Source: Parvularia atlantis
Lineage: Eukaryota
NCBI GenBank assembly: GCA_943704415.1
Contig: CALSCO010000718.1
Location: forward strand, 1 to 40,240
Reading direction: 5' to 3'
Length of the DNA stretch: 40,240 nucleotides
Both the position numbers and the translations under genes were made by a program. Positions 23,033-40,240 of this stretch are shown here, piece by piece (within the stretch, counting starts at the first letter, position 1; each line of letters opens with the position of its first letter). The notes under the pieces are model-generated. The model was not told the DNA's origin. It saw only the letters and a list, made by a program, of their open reading frames with translations, and ran no database searches.

Positions 23033-23363
23033 ATGCTGCGCACGGCGATCGCGCGGCGCTGGATGAGCGCGCACCCGCCAGGTGCCTCGTTGTCGGCCAC
23101 GAAGCGTGCGCGCGCACCACACGCCGTCCGCATCACAGCGGCTGCTGACGGCGGGCGGCAGCGGGTGCGCGGCGCAAGGTGACGATCCTCGACCTGCGCG
23201 AGCAGCACGCGCGCGGCGAGGCCATCTCGATGATCACGGCGCACGACTACCCGAGCGCGCTCGTAGCCGACAAGGCCGGGCTGGACACGGTGCTCGTGGG
23301 CGACTCGCTCGCGATGGTCGCGCTGGGCTACGAGAGCACGACGCAGATCACGATGGACGTGCG

Positions 23364-23440
<77 letters not shown>

Positions 23441-24579
23441 ATCGCGCGCACGCCGCACGACGCACGACGCAGGAGATGCTGCACCACTGCCGCGCCGTCG
23501 CCCGCGGCGCGCGCCACGCTTTCCTCATCGGCGACATGCCCTTCGGCTCGTACCAGGTCTCGCCGGCCGACGCCGTGCGCAACGCGATGCGCTTCATCAG
23601 CGAGGGCCGGATGGAGGTGCGCCCTGTCGTGCACTGGCGTGCTGCTTGTCGCTGTCGTTGTCGTGCTGGTGCTTCTCGTTGTCGTTGTCGTGCTGCTCCT
23701 TCGTCTTTTCCCTCCTTTGCCGTCTCCCTCCTTTGCCGTCTCCCTCCTTCGCCGTCTCCCTCCTTCGCCGTCTCCCTCCCTCCCTCGTCATCACGGCTCA
23801 TCACGTCGACGACAACGACCAGGCCATCAAGCTCGAGGGCGGACGCGCTGTGGCTCCCACCGTCGCCCAGATCGTCCGCGTGGGCGTGCCCGTCCTCGGC
23901 CACATCGGTCTCACGCCCCAGACGACCTCGTCCCTCGGCGGCTTCCGCGTCCAGGGCAAGACGGCCGAGTCGGTGCGCTCAGACCTCGACCTCGTCCGCA
24001 CGCTCACGACAAACGCGCAGGCCGTCGCCCTCGTCAACGACGCCCTCGCGCTGCAGGACGCCGGCTGCTTCGCCATCGTGATCGAAGGCGAGAGCGCTGC
24101 TCGCTCGACTGCTACGTGGCTGCTGATCGGGCGACGCGCACGCAGCCGTGCCAGACGAGATCAGCACCGTCATCTCGCACATGCTCGCCGTCCCGACCAT
24201 CGGCATCGGCGCCGGCGCGCACACGGGTGGCCAGGTGCTCGTGCAGAACGACGCGCTCGGCGTCTTTGACCGCTTTGTGCCAAAGTATGCATCGTCGCGC
24301 GACTCGCGCCCCCGTCTGCTCAACGGACCGCGCGTCGGCAGGTTCTGCAAGCAGTACGTCAAGCTCGAGGCCATCGCCGCCGAGAGCCTCGCACAGTTCC
24401 ACCGCGAGGTCAAAGCGCGCGCGTTCCCGGCCAAGGAGCACTGCTACGCCATCGCGCCCGAGCAGGTCCGGCGCTTCCGCGAGCTCATGGTCGAGCGCTT
24501 CGGCGGCGACAGCGTCAAGCCGCTGGACGAGCTCAGCAAGCCGCTGGACGAGCTCGCTAAGCCGCCTGCGGCCTCCTGA
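23033..24579 (+). CDS. panB: mitochondrial ketopantoate hydroxymethyltransferase (ECM31/panB)
   Basis: Presequence [16 protein letters not shown]. Motifs [43 protein letters not shown] and PTIGIGAG. Six introns, one of them GC-AG. Confidence 0.95.
23365..23439. repeat. (GCT)25 microsatellite in panB intron 2
   Basis: Perfect repeat inside intron 23359-23472. Confidence 0.95.
23710..23773. repeat. 16-bp pyrimidine-rich repeat x4 (CCCTCCTTYGCCGTCT) in panB intron 3
   Basis: Read directly; intron is 23617-23822 (206 nt). Confidence 0.85.
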
Positions 24580-24629
24580 TTGTTGCACGCTCTATCGCTT
24601 GCATGCGCTGTTCAACAACAAAGTGCCCA

Positions 24630-34379
<9,750 letters not shown>

Positions 34380-34416
34380 CCGACAACAGGACGCGCCTGG
34401 AGCGCTCTGGCACGAT

Positions 34417-34434
34417 CTAGAATTGTGACACTTG
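34417..34434. promoter_or_regulatory. candidate promoter element CTAGAATTGTGACACTTG in the MRCK/AlaRS divergent gap
   Basis: Shares CTAGA...TGACACTTG with 13096-13116, in the same orientation relative to the minus-strand ATG. Confidence 0.45.
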
Positions 34435-34557
34435 CAATCTGCAGGGGCACCGGACCTCTCTCTCGCGCTCTCGTCGTTCGCGCTCTCGTCGTTTACGCTC
34501 TTGCACCACGACCGCGCTCGCGACAACGACGCGTGCGCACGCACAGGTGCACACGGG

Positions 34558-38333
<3,776 letters not shown>

Positions 38334-38383
38334 GCTGGTGCTCGCCGGCATGCACGTGCACGCATTGCACCGCACGCACACCC

Positions 38384-40240
38384 ATGGCCGATGCGGATCA
38401 CGTGGCCAGCGCTGTGGCGGCGGCCGGCGCGCTCGGCTTGGCGCCGGCGGCTGCTGCGGGCCACGGCGGGTCGCGCGCGGGCGACGCGGCGGGCCCCTCG
38501 GCACGTGACGCGGACGAGGCGGCGCAGGCCGTGCGGAAGAGTGCGCCGCACGCCGCCGCCTGTCCGCCCGCGATTGCTAAGCAACGGCGCGCGCGCGCGC
38601 GGCGCAGAGAAGAAGCGGTCGGTGCGGCCCGCGGCGCGGGACGAAGGCGAGGCGCGCAGCGACGGCGAGGCGCGCGGCGGCAGTGCGGCGGGCGGAGTGA
38701 CGGAGCACCGCGGGGACGACGGAGGCGCGTTTATCAAGATGGCACCGTCGGCGGTGAACGGCCGTCACTGACGCGGCTGGCCCCTGCCACGCGCAGCAGC
38801 CAAGCGCAAGAAGACCAAGAAGAAGAAGAAGAAGGCCGTGGCGGCGGACGAGGACGAGGTGCCGGCGCCGGTGATGCCCTACGAGAGCGACGTCGAGCTG
38901 ATCCAGCTCGCGCCCGCGCACGAACTCGACCCGCTCAGCGACAGCGCCAGCGCCTCAACCAACGCATCGTCGGCCAACGGCGAGCTGCGGCCGACCCAGT
39001 TCCAGCGCACCCTCGCCGTCAACGAGGCCGAGACGGTCGTCGTGGTCGACAACGACGCCGACCTGGTCGACGCCCAGGCCGGCGCCGTGTCATACTGCCT
39101 CTTTGGCAGCCGCGAGCACAAGGACGCGCTGCTCACGCGCCTCAACAACGTCGACGAGGACCAAAAGCGCCTGCTCGAGCAGCATGCCGAGCTCGTGCGC
39201 AAGCTGGACGAGCTCAAGCGCGAGAAGGCCTCGCTTGAGCACCAGGAGAAGACGCTCGAGAAGGTGCGCACGTGCGGCCGCGTGTTGTTGCAGCGCCCCC
39301 ACACGCCCCGCGCGCGTGCAGATGCAAGTCGAGGAGACCACTACCCCGGGCAAGCTCGTGCGCACCAACACCGACTACGAGATGAAGAAGACGGCCGAGC
39401 ACGTGAAAAAGTCGATGCACGCCGAGGCGCGTGGCAGCCCGCGGCCGCACGGAAGGACAGCCGCACTGAGCCCGCACGTGACAGATCGTGCGCCAGTTTG
39501 GCGACACCAAGATCGCCGTGGGCTTCATCGAGTACGACGAGGCAGAGGACACGAAGGTGTTCAAGCTGCCGCTCATTCGGCAGTACTTTGAGGGTGCGAC
39601 GTGGTTGCGCGGCTTTGCATGTGCGACGCTGACGCGCCTCGCTCGCGCAGACAACAAGCTGTTTCGCGAGTACCTCGTGCGCCGCGCAACGTTTGTTGAG
39701 CTGTTTTTCGACCTCGCGATGGTCGCGGCCCTGGGCGAAGTCGGTGAGCGGCCGGCGCGCTGTGTCGCGCGAGAGCGGTTGCGGTAACTGCGGCGGCGCC
39801 AGGCCGCATCCTGGAGCAGGTGGCGGGTGGCCAGTCGACGTACGCGGAGACCAAGGAGGCGATCCAGCTGTTCATTGTGACGTTCATGCCGATCTGGCGG
39901 TGCGTGCGGCGGCGCTGCTTTTGCGCGGCTGCTCACGCCGTGGTCGTGGCGCGTAGGACGTGGTGGGACCTGCACATGTTCCTTAACCGGCACGACAACG
40001 GCGACATCACGATCAAGGTCCTCGTCTTCTTGTTCATGGTGCGCGCACAGGTGTAGCGGCCGCGTGACGCGAGGCTGAGCACCGTGCGTGCCTGCGCAGA
40101 GCGCGATCATCATCGGCATGGGCGCCACGGCGCAGTTTGTGCTGCAGTCGACCGCGGCGTACTTTGCCGGCGCGCTGCTGTTTGCCCGCGCGGTGATGGT
40201 GCGCGACGTTGCGGCGCCGACGTTTACGCTTAACCCCCCC
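38384..40240 (+). CDS. LtrA (low-temperature requirement A)-family membrane protein, 3'-truncated
   Basis: A disordered/coiled-coil N-terminus is followed by LPLIRQYFEDNKLFRE...RATFVELFFDL and TM segments (IWRTWWDLHMFLNRHD, IIGM). Two probable GC-AG introns. Confidence 0.75.

Noticed and set aside
23359..23472. Poly-Ala/Leu/Cys tracts in ORF translations
   Set aside because: They come from the intronic (GCT)25; removing the intron restores the conserved panB ITMDEMLHH.
24518..24565. 21-nt duplication encoding [14 protein letters not shown] at the panB C-terminus
   Set aside because: It is a small slippage duplication in a non-conserved tail with no sign of function.
9084..24579. HIBCH plus panB as a valine/pantothenate gene cluster
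   Set aside because: They are 12 kb apart and separated by unrelated housekeeping genes.
40230..40240. Terminal TAACCCCCCC (and the leading G run) as telomere sequence
   Set aside because: There is no tandem telomeric repeat and both ends fall inside introns of genes; they are most likely contig breaks at G/C homopolymers.

Overview
GC-rich, very gene-dense eukaryotic DNA. I reconstructed about 15 protein-coding genes by hand, split by roughly 150 short spliceosomal introns (mostly ~43-65 nt; donor GTGCGY, branch GCTGAC/GCTCAC, acceptor usually GCAG). The supplied ORF track is therefore mostly fragments and antisense shadows. Genes in order: 3' end of NAD-glutamate dehydrogenase (+), FANCM/Mph1 helicase (-), GT4-type glycosyltransferase (+), OST5/TMEM258 (+), HIBCH/EHD3 (+), DRG2/RBG2 GTPase (-), GST (+), SPC3 (+), synaptojanin (-), YTHDF-type m6A reader (-), MPLKIP/TTDN1-like protein (+), panB/ECM31 (+), MRCK-type kinase (-), bacterial-type AlaRS (+), and an LtrA-family membrane protein (+, truncated). 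The mix of fungus-like and animal-like genes suggests a unicellular opisthokont, possibly a nucleariid (inference). The most unusual signals concern gene expression: many GC-AG introns always preceded by exonic AG, co-directional genes only 32-50 bp apart with CAG just before many ATGs, two divergent genes whose ATGs overlap on one CATG (or a CTG start), a motif shared by divergent promoters, and a start-codon hairpin. I found no RNA genes, CRISPR arrays or intact mobile elements. All gene models are manual and have no transcript support.
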